A DNA stretch of 64,000 nt from Candidatus Nomurabacteria bacterium (GCA_023898625.1 CP060231.1:609890-673889); one strand, 5' to 3'; positions 1 through 10,441 are shown, counted from the stretch's first letter. Notes: generated from the letters alone by a model not told the origin. Numbers and translations are program-made.

Positions 1-3000
1 ATTAATCATTGGGATGTTAGTCATGTAACAGATATGTACAATACTTTCTTAAACGCTAACAAATTTAATCAACCTTTAGGGAGCTGGGATGTCGGTAATG
101 TGACGAATATGGGCTATATGTTTGCAAATGCAAGTTCGTTCAATCAGCCTTTGGGCAACTGGAACGTCGGCAATGTAACAAACATGGAGCGTTTGTTACT
201 GAGCGCAACCTCGTTTAATCAGCCTCTAAGTAGTTGGAATACTAGTAATGTTACAAATATGACAAGGCTTTTTGCAAATGCAGGTTCGTTCAATCAGCCT
301 CTAAATAGTTGGAACGTTAATAATGTAACAGACATGAGCTATATGTTTACAAATACAGCGACCTATAATCAGCCTCTAAATAGTTGGAACGTTAGTAATG
401 TGACAAACATGACAAGTATGTTTTTTTTATCGGCAAGCTTCGATCATTCATTAGCCAACTGGAATGTTAGTAATGTCACCGATATGTCACAGATGTTTGC
501 CTCTGCGTTAGGTTTATCGGTAACAAATTATGATGCAACTTTAGCCTCTTGGAGCTCTCAAGCTCTACAAAATAATGTAACTTTTGATGCCGGCACCAGT
601 AAATATTGTAATTCTGAGGCTCAGCGTCAGAGTATCATCACTAATTTTTCATGGACAATTAATGATGCTGGCAAGGATTGCGGATCACCCCCACGTCCAT
701 TTATCATTCAGGTTAAGACCGATAATCCAGGCACTACTAGTAATAATCAATTCCTTATTCCAACCGATAGTAACTATATCTACAATTACAATGTTGACTG
801 CAATAACGATGGTACGCCTGAATATACTAACCAAACAGGTGATGTAACCTGTACTTATGGCTCAACTGGCCAATATGATGTTGCTATATCTGGAATATTC
901 CCTTATTGGAATGGAGGTATGGGGCTTGAACAATTAAAGATTATCGATGTTAAGCAATGGGGTGATATAGATTGGCAAGATATGGCATATATGTTTTATG
1001 AAGCTTCGAATATGACTATGTCGGCAACAGACGCCCCGGGCTTATCTAGCGTAACTGACATGAGTTGGATGTTTAATGGTGCGGCATCGTTCAATTCAAA
1101 TATTAATAGCTGGGATGTTAGTAATGTTGAAAATATGGCTGGATTATTTAGTGGTGCTACATCATTTAACCAACCGCTAAATAGTTGGAATGTGGGTAAC
1201 GTTTATGATCTGCACTCCATATTTCTTGATGCAATATCATTTAACCAGTCATTGGACAGCTGGAATGTAGGTAGTCTATTGGATGCACGATTTATGTTTT
1301 TTGGTGCCATATCCTTCAACCAGCCATTGAATAGCTGGGATGTTAGTAATGTTACAACTATGGAAAGTATGTTCCAGGATGCCATTGCTTTCAATCAGAC
1401 ATTAAATAGCTGGGATGTTAGTAGTGTAGTGAATATGAGTAGAATGTTTCAGCACGCCACTTCCTTTAATCAACCCCTGAATGGCTGGGATGTTAGTAAT
1501 ACCAACAATATGATGCTAATGTTTTTTGATGCGACATTATTTAATCAACCATTAAATAGCTGGGATGTAGGCAGTGTCACTAATCTTCAGGGCATGTTTG
1601 GCTATGCTACTTCCTTCAATCAACCACTTAATAATTGGAGTATAAGTAGTGGTGCAAATATAGATGCACTTTTCATAAATGCCACTTCATTCGACCAGTC
1701 TTTAGCTGATTGGGATGTGAGTGATACGTTAAGCCTGAAAGGCTTATTCGGCGATTTCATTGAAACAAGGAAGGCATTTTTTGAACAAATATATAGCCTA
1801 TCTTATGAACAGTGGGATCAGCCAACTAAAGATAATTTTTGGAATATGATGTCATCAATTTTTGGCTACGCCATTGATGAATCTTCCTATACCCCAGACC
1901 CCTCAGGTCTCTCTACCGCCAACTACGACGCCACCCTAATATCTTGGTCAGCACAGAACCTAGAGAGTAGTGTTGTCTTTGACGCTGGCACCAGTAAGTA
2001 CTGTACTAGCGAGGCTCAGCGTCAGAGTATCATCACTAACTTTTCATGGACAATTAACGATGGTGGAAAGTATTGTGGACCACCACAACGCCCATTCATC
2101 ATACGGGTTAAGACTGATAACCCCGGCTATACTAGCAACAATCAGTTTCTAATCTTAGCTGATGGTAATACACTTAACTACGATGTAGATTGTAACAATG
2201 ATGGCACGCCTGAATATACCAATCAGACAGATGATGTAACTTGCACATATGGTTCACCCGGTGAATATGATATTGCTATTACTGGGACTTTCCCTCATTG
2301 GTACGGCAATGTCGATAACAATGATCAAGCAAAGATTATTGATGTCAAGCAGTGGGGTGATATTGAATGGCTGGATATGAGTGACATGTTTAATAGCGCT
2401 ATTAATATTACTGTTTTTACCGCAACAGATATCCCTGATTTAAGTCAAGTTACGAGCATAAGAGGTATGTTCAGTAGAGCAACGGGATTCAACACCAACA
2501 TAAATAATTGGGATGTTAGTAATGTAACAAATATGGATGACACCTTCTCTCTAGCTACTAGCTTTAATCAGCCACTGAATAGCTGGGATGTCAGTAACGT
2601 AACTATCATGAAAGCTACATTTGCAGGTGCTTCTTCATTTAATCAACCACTTTATAGCTGGGATACCAGTAATGTTATGTATATGAATGTTATGTTTGCA
2701 AATACAGACTCCTTCAATCAGCCACTTGACAGCTGGGATGTAAGTAATGTAACCGATATGACAGCGATGTTTGCAAATACAGACTCCTTCAATCAGCCAC
2801 TTGACAGCTGGGATGTCAGTAACGTAACTGATATGTCAGCTATGTTCGCAAATGCAGTGGTTTTTGATCAGCCACTGAATAGTTGGGATGTAAGTAATGT
2901 TATGGATATGACGGGTATGTTTAGTAATACAGGTTTATTCAACCAGTCATTAGCAAACTGGAATGTTAGCAATGTTTCAGTAATGGACGGTATGTTTTCT

Positions 3001-6000
3001 AGTGCTACAGACTTTAATCAGCCACTGAATAGTTGGGATGTAAGTAACGTGGCTAGTATGTTTGGTATGTTTGGAGATTATGTTGCTTCAGCTCGGTCTG
3101 ACCATGAACAGGGCTATGGCTTACCTTATGATCAATGGGATCAACCAACCAAAGACGCTTTCTGGGGTCAGATGTCAATTATTCTTGGCTACCCCGTTGA
3201 CGAACAATCTTACGTACCCAACCCATCTGGTCTCTCCACCGCCAACTACGACGCCACTCTAATATCTTGGTCGGCACAGAACTTAGAGAGTAGTGTTGTC
3301 TTTGATGCTGGTACCAGCAAATACTGTAACTCAGAAACCCAAAGACAAAGTATTATAGATAACTATACCTGGACAATAAACGATGCAGGGAAGGATTGTT
3401 CTATCCAACCCCCTCAAAATCTAGTAGGCACTCCTCATACTAAATCAATAGAAGTAGACTGGGATGACGTAACAGGAGCAAATCACTACAAACTAGAGTA
3501 CAAGCTAACAAGTTCTTCTACCTGGACAGAATACACTAACAACACCATCTCTGGCTCATTTCTAGAAATAACTGGCCTAGAAGCATCAACCTCCTACGAC
3601 ATTAGAGTAAAAGCTGTAGACTCATCAAACGACGAAAGCGATTGGTCAGACACCCTAACAATATCTACCTTAGCTCAACAAACCTATCATATTACAGATT
3701 GTCAGGAGTTGCAGAGTTTGTATGTAAATCCCATTACCTATGTTACAGGAGATCCCTACGGAAGATACTTACTAGATAACGATATAGATTGTACAGAGAC
3801 ATCAAACTGGTACTGGGAGGGAATAGACCCAGAAGCAAATATTCCATCAGGCTTTTTGGCTATGGTATTTAGTGGTGATTTCGACGGACAAGGCCATACG
3901 ATAAATAACATATATCAAGATACTGAGTACTTGACGGTTGGAGGTATGTTTGCGCAAATAAATGGCGCATCAATCAGTAATGTCACCTTGAATAACTTCA
4001 ATAGGAAAATCGGAGCCAAAGAGGCTTTCACTATAACTCTACCCACAGGGGGTGTAGTGGTGACATATGCCCTATCGTCGACAATATCGAATGTAGAGGT
4101 CAAGAATTTGCAAGCCACAGGAGAATCAGTAGGCAAATTAGGAGGTATAGTTGGGACAGCGGATTCCTCGACACAAATAACAAAATCATCCGTTACAGGA
4201 TCGGTAAACTTGTCTGGATATACTCTAGATGGACGATTTGATCAGCCACTAGATATCACAAATGATAACAGCGGTAATGTATATATTTTGGATGTTGGAA
4301 ACAAGCGAGTTCAGAAATTTGACTCAAACGGTAATTACATTATGCAGTTTAAAGCTCAGGATAACTCAGCTACCTATACACCTAGTAGTATAGCTATAGA
4401 CAGCAGCGGATTTATCTATATAACAGATCAGACTAATAGATTCGTAAGAAAATATGATAATAATGGTATTTTTCAATCCCAATTCGGATCATCAGGATCC
4501 GGAGATGGGCAGTTCTATGAACTTAACGATATTGCAGTCGACTCCATGAATAATATTTTAGTTGCAGACAGAGTTAACAGTCGTGTTCAAAAGTTCGATA
4601 CGAATGGTAGTTATATTTCCCAATTCGGATCATCAGGATCCGGAGATGGGCAGTTCTATGATTTGTCGAAACTAGTCTTAGATAGCACCGGAAACATCTA
4701 TACGTTAGAATCTAATAATCATCGTGTTCAAAAATTCGATACGAATGGTAATTTTTTGCAGAAATTTAATACCGATACATTTGCAGACGAATCATTCAAT
4801 ACCCCAGTAAGTCTATCTATAGATAATCTAGGAGATATATACATTACTGATAGTGGTAACCTAAAGATACGCAAATTCACAAATTCTGGCACATACATTT
4901 CTGATATTGGAACAGAAACAGAAGTATTTGCACCATATGGAATTTTAGTTAATACATCTGGTGATATTGTTGTTTCTGATATAATGCGAAATTCCATAAC
5001 ACGCTACTCAAATACGGGAGTAAAGCAGAACTCATGGGGTAGGTATGGCTCAAACACAGGAGCTGATCTATTTGTTGGAGGTGTAGCGGGACTTTTAGTT
5101 AATAGCTCTATTAGAGAGTCGTTTACCAACATTAGTATTACTGTTGATATTAATAGTGGCATGAACTATGACGATGGATCTGCTGTTGCTCCATTAGTGG
5201 CTCTAGGTTACTACAGCAATATAAATGATAGTTATTCATTAGGGAGTATCGCTACAAACGGGGGTCCAGTAATTACTGCTGGAATCGCAGGTTGGATGTA
5301 CACGAATGTTAATATAAATAACTCATACAGTGCTACTGACATTATCGAGACAAATAATATTCTTCCTGAGTCGTTTGGCTCGCCATGGCCATCTGATTTT
5401 TCTGCAAGTAGTGCTTTAGTAGGTATGTATGTCATGCCAGACGTGGTTATTAATAATTCCTTTTTCGCTGGATCTTTGCAGTCTAACATACCAATTCGTA
5501 GCCTTGTTTCAATGGCAATGACTGGTAATCCTACTGGGCCGTTGCCTAATACGATTAATGTCTATTACGACCAAACTAAATCCGGAGTTAATAAATGTAT
5601 TGGACTGCCAATTGACATGAACACAGCTAGCTTTTTACCTACTATAGATTCCGACTGTCACCCCATCAACACCGATGGTTCTCAACCTAACTACTTCAAG
5701 AACAATTCTACCAATCCCCCATTGAATCAATGGAACTTCTCTACTATATGGAAAACTAACTGCACTAACTATCCAGACTTTGTAGGCTCAACCAACTGTA
5801 ATCCATCCAACCCTCCAGAAAACCCAGGTAACGGCAATCCTCCAACCACCCCTACAACTCCCACAACCCCAACCACCCCTACAACCCCAACCAATCCTCC
5901 AAAGACTCCTAGTACCACCAAACCACCTACTCCCTCAACTCCCACCACTCCCACAGAATCAGACACCCCTCCATCTTCATCCAACAATCAGTACTACTCC

Positions 6001-7791
6001 AACCCTCAGTCTACGGCACTACCAGCTCCCCTATCTAAAGTAGTCAAAGGCTCCTTCATGCAATCTCTAGTGAACTATACTGCTAACAATATACCTAAAC
6101 CCGTAGCTAAAGCCATTCCATACAGCCTACTCATACTTCTACTAGCTCTCTCAGCCCTCTATGGCTACTCTAGCTATCTAGAAAACAAAAGAAGACAAGC
6201 TCTCCAAGCTCTCATCACTCGCTTCAAATCTCTACTATCGGCTAGAGCTACCTTCCTACGTATTACCTCCCACTACATCAATACACCGATCACTAAGATC
6301 CAAGGAACCATAGAACTACTAGCTATGGGTACTACTTCAACCACAACTGCTAATACCACAACAGCAAGTACCAACACCACAAACAATAACTCAAGTACTA
6401 ACAATAACTCTACAGGCTCTAATACCAACCCTCCTACTAATACCAGCGCTACTCCTCCAAGTAACACTACTAGCTCTACCAGTAATCCAGGCACTACCTA
6501 CACCCCTAACTCTAGCTCCCAGACTAGTTCAGCTTCCGTAAACAGCTCTAGCAATCAGGCTAGTACCACCAGCTCCATCAGTTCTACTCCTAGCTCCCCT
6601 AATAGCATTAGTATACCTATTAATACTAACTCTAGCTCTCAGTCTGGTTCAGCTTCCGTGTTCACCTCAACCCTAGCCACTACAGCTACCACTCTAACTA
6701 TCCCAGAAGCCTCTATCGTAGCCTCCAAGTCAGCCATCAAGAGTCTCACTAACCATGCCAATGAACTACTAGATGAAGGACAATCCCTCACCGGAAGACA
6801 ACAAGCTAACATCAGAAACCTAGAACAAAGAAAAGGACTTAGCTTCCTAACCCATCCTTTCTTCTGGCTCCCAGTAGTAGTTATCTCTACCTTAGTAGTA
6901 CTACTCAACATCATCTTCATTCAAGCTGAACGCTATACCCCTACAGCTATTACTATTGCTTCTCAACTTATCCTAGGCTTCGTTGGTGTTATAGCTTTAG
7001 GTGTCAGCTACTACTTCTACCGTTCCTTCCAGTCCCAAAGACAAGCTCTACTAACCGAACAAGAAATAGAACAAGAGTTCAATGCTCGCCAAGCTAACTT
7101 CATAGCTGATGCCTACAACAAGCTCAACGATGACATCATAATCCTAGAAGGTGTCAGCCAAGACCTAGCTAAGTATCCTAAAGTCCGTAACTTCAACCAA
7201 GGCCTCAATGAACTAAAAGACATAGTCTCCCAACTAGAAAAACTCAGCAACCTATCTAAGCATGTCCCAGGACTGCAATACCACACCAACCTAAGCAGTA
7301 CTATATCTACTACCCTAACTAACCTCAGATCCCTAGCTGACCAACAGAACATCACTATAACTACCAACAACATCAAACCCAACCAAAACGTCAACATAGA
7401 AGCTAATGCCCTAACCCATCTACTGTCAGCTCCACTCAAGAACGCCATCTCAGCTAGTACTGCTGGCTCTAATATAGAACTATCCCAATCTATCCACAAA
7501 GCTAACAAATCTAGCCAGATAAATAAACCTAACACAGTAACCACTAACCCTAACAATACCAACCTACCTATCCAAATAACTATTACCGATCATGGCAAAG
7601 GCATACCCCCAGAACAACTAAACAATATCTTTACCCCATTCAACTCAGCCCATAGCCTAGAACACTTCACTGATACCGGACTAGGACTAGACCTCTACCT
7701 ATGCAAAGTAATTACCGAACAATACAACGCCAACCTAACCATCACCAGCCAACCAGGAGAAGGCACAACAGTGATAGTGGGGATGGGGTGA
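1..7791 (+). CDS. Giant membrane protein, 5'-truncated by the window edge: DUF285/BspA-like repeat ectodomain + FN3 + GLUG-like beta-helix with inserted NHL propeller + Pro/Thr linker + TM + histidine kinase (H-box, HATPase_c)
   Basis: Frame 1 is open from nt 1 (INHWDVSHVTDM precedes the first ATG at 34) to the stop at 7789-7791. Dozens of ~25-aa FNQPLxxW(D/N)VSNVTxMxxMF repeats. FN3-like segment ~3409-3675 (PPQNL..EVDWDDV..YKLEYK..YDIRVKAVD). GLUG-like text (FSGDFDGQGHTINNI, GGMFAQINGASISNVTL, VGGVAGLL). NHL blades ~4231-5045 (GNVYILDVGNKRVQKFDSNGNY). PT-rich 5815-5990. TM ~6115-6180. H-box FLRITSHYINTPITKIQG (His codon 6271-6273). TM pair ~6850-7020. N/G1/F/G2 boxes (LKNAISAS, DHGKGIP, IFTPFNSA, GLGLDL) ~7430-7700. 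Confidence 0.85.
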   Translation: MNHWDVSHVTDMYNTFLNANKFNQPLGSWDVGNVTNMGYMFANASSFNQPLGNWNVGNVTNMERLLLSATSFNQPLSSWNTSNVTNMTRLFANAGSFNQPLNSWNVNNVTDMSYMFTNTATYNQPLNSWNVSNVTNMTSMFFLSASFDHSLANWNVSNVTDMSQMFASALGLSVTNYDATLASWSSQALQNNVTFDAGTSKYCNSEAQRQSIITNFSWTINDAGKDCGSPPRPFIIQVKTDNPGTTSNNQFLIPTDSNYIYNYNVDCNNDGTPEYTNQTGDVTCTYGSTGQYDVAISGIFPYWNGGMGLEQLKIIDVKQWGDIDWQDMAYMFYEASNMTMSATDAPGLSSVTDMSWMFNGAASFNSNINSWDVSNVENMAGLFSGATSFNQPLNSWNVGNVYDLHSIFLDAISFNQSLDSWNVGSLLDARFMFFGAISFNQPLNSWDVSNVTTMESMFQDAIAFNQTLNSWDVSSVVNMSRMFQHATSFNQPLNGWDVSNTNNMMLMFFDATLFNQPLNSWDVGSVTNLQGMFGYATSFNQPLNNWSISSGANIDALFINATSFDQSLADWDVSDTLSLKGLFGDFIETRKAFFEQIYSLSYEQWDQPTKDNFWNMMSSIFGYAIDESSYTPDPSGLSTANYDATLISWSAQNLESSVVFDAGTSKYCTSEAQRQSIITNFSWTINDGGKYCGPPQRPFIIRVKTDNPGYTSNNQFLILADGNTLNYDVDCNNDGTPEYTNQTDDVTCTYGSPGEYDIAITGTFPHWYGNVDNNDQAKIIDVKQWGDIEWLDMSDMFNSAINITVFTATDIPDLSQVTSIRGMFSRATGFNTNINNWDVSNVTNMDDTFSLATSFNQPLNSWDVSNVTIMKATFAGASSFNQPLYSWDTSNVMYMNVMFANTDSFNQPLDSWDVSNVTDMTAMFANTDSFNQPLDSWDVSNVTDMSAMFANAVVFDQPLNSWDVSNVMDMTGMFSNTGLFNQSLANWNVSNVSVMDGMFSSATDFNQPLNSWDVSNVASMFGMFGDYVASARSDHEQGYGLPYDQWDQPTKDAFWGQMSIILGYPVDEQSYVPNPSGLSTANYDATLISWSAQNLESSVVFDAGTSKYCNSETQRQSIIDNYTWTINDAGKDCSIQPPQNLVGTPHTKSIEVDWDDVTGANHYKLEYKLTSSSTWTEYTNNTISGSFLEITGLEASTSYDIRVKAVDSSNDESDWSDTLTISTLAQQTYHITDCQELQSLYVNPITYVTGDPYGRYLLDNDIDCTETSNWYWEGIDPEANIPSGFLAMVFSGDFDGQGHTINNIYQDTEYLTVGGMFAQINGASISNVTLNNFNRKIGAKEAFTITLPTGGVVVTYALSSTISNVEVKNLQATGESVGKLGGIVGTADSSTQITKSSVTGSVNLSGYTLDGRFDQPLDITNDNSGNVYILDVGNKRVQKFDSNGNYIMQFKAQDNSATYTPSSIAIDSSGFIYITDQTNRFVRKYDNNGIFQSQFGSSGSGDGQFYELNDIAVDSMNNILVADRVNSRVQKFDTNGSYISQFGSSGSGDGQFYDLSKLVLDSTGNIYTLESNNHRVQKFDTNGNFLQKFNTDTFADESFNTPVSLSIDNLGDIYITDSGNLKIRKFTNSGTYISDIGTETEVFAPYGILVNTSGDIVVSDIMRNSITRYSNTGVKQNSWGRYGSNTGADLFVGGVAGLLVNSSIRESFTNISITVDINSGMNYDDGSAVAPLVALGYYSNINDSYSLGSIATNGGPVITAGIAGWMYTNVNINNSYSATDIIETNNILPESFGSPWPSDFSASSALVGMYVMPDVVINNSFFAGSLQSNIPIRSLVSMAMTGNPTGPLPNTINVYYDQTKSGVNKCIGLPIDMNTASFLPTIDSDCHPINTDGSQPNYFKNNSTNPPLNQWNFSTIWKTNCTNYPDFVGSTNCNPSNPPENPGNGNPPTTPTTPTTPTTPTTPTNPPKTPSTTKPPTPSTPTTPTESDTPPSSSNNQYYSNPQSTALPAPLSKVVKGSFMQSLVNYTANNIPKPVAKAIPYSLLILLLALSALYGYSSYLENKRRQALQALITRFKSLLSARATFLRITSHYINTPITKIQGTIELLAMGTTSTTTANTTTASTNTTNNNSSTNNNSTGSNTNPPTNTSATPPSNTTSSTSNPGTTYTPNSSSQTSSASVNSSSNQASTTSSISSTPSSPNSISIPINTNSSSQSGSASVFTSTLATTATTLTIPEASIVASKSAIKSLTNHANELLDEGQSLTGRQQANIRNLEQRKGLSFLTHPFFWLPVVVISTLVVLLNIIFIQAERYTPTAITIASQLILGFVGVIALGVSYYFYRSFQSQRQALLTEQEIEQEFNARQANFIADAYNKLNDDIIILEGVSQDLAKYPKVRNFNQGLNELKDIVSQLEKLSNLSKHVPGLQYHTNLSSTISTTLTNLRSLADQQNITITTNNIKPNQNVNIEANALTHLLSAPLKNAISASTAGSNIELSQSIHKANKSSQINKPNTVTTNPNNTNLPIQITITDHGKGIPPEQLNNIFTPFNSAHSLEHFTDTGLGLDLYLCKVITEQYNANLTITSQPGEGTTVIVGMG
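2692..2841 (+). repeat. Two adjacent near-identical 75-bp (25-aa) DUF285-type repeat units inside the giant ORF
   Basis: 2692-2766 and 2767-2841 both read atgtttgcaaatacagactccttcaatcagccacttgacagctgggatgt.agtaa.gtaac.gatatg, with only a few mismatches. Larger modules also recur: NYDATLxSWS..SKYC..QRQSII..W(T)INDxGK at 526-684, 1921-2080 and 3244-3400; RPFIIxVKTDNPG..QWGDI at ~690-975 and ~2086-2370. Confidence 0.9.
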
Positions 7792-7803
7792 GAAAAGAAA
7801 CAG

Positions 7804-8571
7804 ATGGAGTTTGTTGATACACATTGTCATGTGCATTTTCCGGATTATGGACTTGATGCTGATGAGGTTGTCACAACAGCAATTGATCAGGGTGTGACCA
7901 GAATGTTGGCCGTAGGTTGCACATTGCATGATAGTAAGCTGGGTGTAGAATTTGCTTCAAGGCATAAAAGTATATGGGCAAGTGTTGGTGTTCATCCGCA
8001 CGAGGCAAAATTTTATACCGAAAACCCAAAATCACTACAAGAACTAAGGAATTTATCAAGAGAGCAGAAGGTTGTGGCGATAGGTGAAATTGGTCTAGAC
8101 TACTATTATCAACACTCATCAAAGGAAGATCAAAATTCAATGTTGCGCTACCAGGTAGAGCTTGGGTTAGAGAAGAACTTACCCTTCATCTTTCATGTTC
8201 GTGAAGCATTTAGTGATTTTTTTGAGATAATTGATGAATATAAAGGGATAAGAGGAGTAATTCATAGTTTTACAGCAGATCCTGAGGTGTTAGAAGAATG
8301 TTTGTCTAGGGGGCTATATATCGGCCTTAACGGAATAATGACATTTACAAAAGATAATAAACAGCTAGAATCAGCAAAATTAGTACCAAAAGATAAATTA
8401 TTGCTTGAAACTGACTCTCCCTACTTGACCCCTGTTCCATTTCGTGGTACAATCTGTCAGCCTGTGCATGTTGTGAGTACGGCTCAGTTTTTGGCGAAAT
8501 TACGCCAAGAAGATCTAAAGAGTCTAGCAGATTACTCTACACACAACGCCATAGAGCTATTTAAGTTATGA
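7804..8571 (+). CDS. tatD: TatD-family metal-dependent hydrolase/DNase
   Basis: 255 aa. DTHCHVHF (HxH), GEIGLDYYY, IHSF, LETDSPYLTPVPFRG motifs typical of TatD/YcfH. Confidence 0.9.
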   Translation: MEFVDTHCHVHFPDYGLDADEVVTTAIDQGVTRMLAVGCTLHDSKLGVEFASRHKSIWASVGVHPHEAKFYTENPKSLQELRNLSREQKVVAIGEIGLDYYYQHSSKEDQNSMLRYQVELGLEKNLPFIFHVREAFSDFFEIIDEYKGIRGVIHSFTADPEVLEECLSRGLYIGLNGIMTFTKDNKQLESAKLVPKDKLLLETDSPYLTPVPFRGTICQPVHVVSTAQFLAKLRQEDLKSLADYSTHNAIELFKL

Positions 8572-8903
8572 TGAATATAGATAACAAGCATGAGTTACAG
8601 CCAACTATCGGTGAAAATATTCCTGGGCCAATGATGGAACGGATTGCTCAAGTTCAAAGAGCACTGAGCCGTATTGAAAATGCCCTTTCGTCACTTGAAC
8701 AAGCATCCTTACTAAGGGAAACGCCGATTACTAAACCAGAACAAGCGCCTAAAGTAGACGGTCCTTATGCTGAACCTGCAAGCATACTTGATAAAAAGCA
8801 AGATATTTCTGAAGTGTCAGCAAGTGAAAATGGTGTAGCCGATGAAGATAGGGCGCGTAGGCTAGTTGATGAAGCGTTAAGAGGATTTGCCGATGCCGCT
8901 TAG
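8568..8903 (+). CDS. Hypothetical protein (111 aa)
   Basis: ATGA start/stop overlap with tatD. No recognisable motif. Confidence 0.5.
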   Translation: MMNIDNKHELQPTIGENIPGPMMERIAQVQRALSRIENALSSLEQASLLRETPITKPEQAPKVDGPYAEPASILDKKQDISEVSASENGVADEDRARRLVDEALRGFADAA

Positions 8904-9276
8904 AAATTTAGTAAATACCATTTCAAATGCTATTTCTACCAATAAACAACCTATTCGTGAAGCAAAGCTTTATAGAGGCCTAATGCGTCATGAGGCAAGC
9001 ATTGGCGGAACAGTCTTCGGACCAGTACCAGAAGGTCGTAGGCGAGAATTCTTTTGCTTAGATGAGCATACTTGGGTTTGGCATGAGGAGTGGACCGATA
9101 AAAACGGTAGCCGTAACGTTATGACAACCAGATATGATATTCGGCCGACAGGTGTACTGAAATCACAAAACGGAAACCATTATCAGCCAGTAAGCGATCA
9201 AGAATCCTTGCGTTTATTGAACGCTGCACGATTGTACTACCAAAAGATTCGACAAGAAATCTACACCTTCGCATAG
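8887..9276 (+). CDS. Hypothetical protein (129 aa)
   Basis: ORF overlaps the previous stop. Start is TTG 8887 or ATG 8893. No motif recognised. Confidence 0.5.
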   Translation: MPMPLRNLVNTISNAISTNKQPIREAKLYRGLMRHEASIGGTVFGPVPEGRRREFFCLDEHTWVWHEEWTDKNGSRNVMTTRYDIRPTGVLKSQNGNHYQPVSDQESLRLLNAARLYYQKIRQEIYTFA

Positions 9277-9298
9277 AAAATTACGGTATATTAGAGAA

Positions 9299-10441
9299 GT
9301 GACTGTTTATTTAGATTACGCATCCACTACTCCAGTTGATGAGCGAGTAGTACAAGCAATGCAACCATATTTAGCCGATAAGTTTTATAATCCTTCGGCA
9401 CAATATTTAGTTGCAAAGGATGTTAGGCGTGATATTAATCAAGCTCGTGAAGATGTTGCTAAAGTTATCGGTTCCAAACAGAGTGAGATAGTTTTTACTA
9501 CAGGAGCAACAGAAGCGAATAATTTGGCTATCAGTGGTGTGATGGAGTGCTTTCCAGGCAAAAACTTGGTAGTAAGTTCAATAGAACACGATTCTGTTAT
9601 TGAGCCAGCTAAAAAATATAAACACAGTTTAGTAACGGTTGATGAATCTGGTATTGTTGACCCAGAATCGCTAAGGTCAGCTATTACTGATGATACGGTT
9701 CTGGTTAGCATAATGCAGGCTAATAATGAGATAGGCGTTGTTCAGCCCATAAAATTGATAGCCGAATTAATAGCAGAAATTAAGGTTAAGCGCCGTAAAA
9801 ACAACAATGAGCTACCTCTTTATTTACATACTGATTCTGCGCAAGCTACAAACTATCTAGATATCCATGTTAGTAGATTGGGTATTGACCTGATGAGCGT
9901 TAATGGTGGAAAGATTTATGGCCCTAAACAGACTGGTTTTTTGTTTATCAAGACGGGAGTTAAAATAATCGGTCAAATACAGGGGGGTGGTCAAGAAAGA
10001 GGTTTGAGGAGTGGTACAGAAAATGTACCAGGAATAGTTGGCTTAGCTACGGCACTAAAAATTACCACTGAGATGCGTAGCCAGGAGTCTCGCAGAATGG
10101 CTGAGCTACAACATTATTTCTACAGAAAGCTCGATGAAATTCTACCAAATTTACACGTTAATGGTAGTAAAAAATTACGGCTTCCAAATAATATTCATGT
10201 TACTATTCCGGGCATTGACAACGAGCGTGCAATGATGGAACTCGATGAGCGTGGGGTTATGTGTGCGGTTGGATCAGCCTGTAGTGCAAGTAAAGACGAA
10301 CCATCACATGTTCTAAAGGCAATTGGCTTAAGTGATGAGCTAGCGCGAAGCAGTCTGCGGTTTACTATGGGTCGTGCAACAACAAAAAATGATATAGATT
10401 TTGCCATATCAGCACTGAAAGATAGTTGCCAACAAGCATAA
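9299..10441 (+). CDS. Cysteine desulfurase (class V aminotransferase, NifS/IscS type)
   Basis: 380 aa. FTTGATEANN, PLP-lysine context SVNGGKIYGPKQTG, SGTENVPGIVG, active-site GSACSA. GTG start 9299 lies 6 nt after TATATT (9287-9292). Confidence 0.9.
   Translation: MTVYLDYASTTPVDERVVQAMQPYLADKFYNPSAQYLVAKDVRRDINQAREDVAKVIGSKQSEIVFTTGATEANNLAISGVMECFPGKNLVVSSIEHDSVIEPAKKYKHSLVTVDESGIVDPESLRSAITDDTVLVSIMQANNEIGVVQPIKLIAELIAEIKVKRRKNNNELPLYLHTDSAQATNYLDIHVSRLGIDLMSVNGGKIYGPKQTGFLFIKTGVKIIGQIQGGGQERGLRSGTENVPGIVGLATALKITTEMRSQESRRMAELQHYFYRKLDEILPNLHVNGSKKLRLPNNIHVTIPGIDNERAMMELDERGVMCAVGSACSASKDEPSHVLKAIGLSDELARSSLRFTMGRATTKNDIDFAISALKDSCQQA

Noticed and set aside
5769-7562. Minus-strand ORFs antisense to the giant gene (5769-5987, 6273-6494, 6639-6920, 7113-7562), and similar ones at 584-847, 1203-1394, 3915-4136, 4728-4997 and 5232-5489.
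   Set aside because: They lie inside a continuous, motif-rich plus-strand ORF. Their products are low-complexity mirrors of the PT/ST-rich regions (GVVGVVG.., LVLVLE..). No independent start signals were seen.
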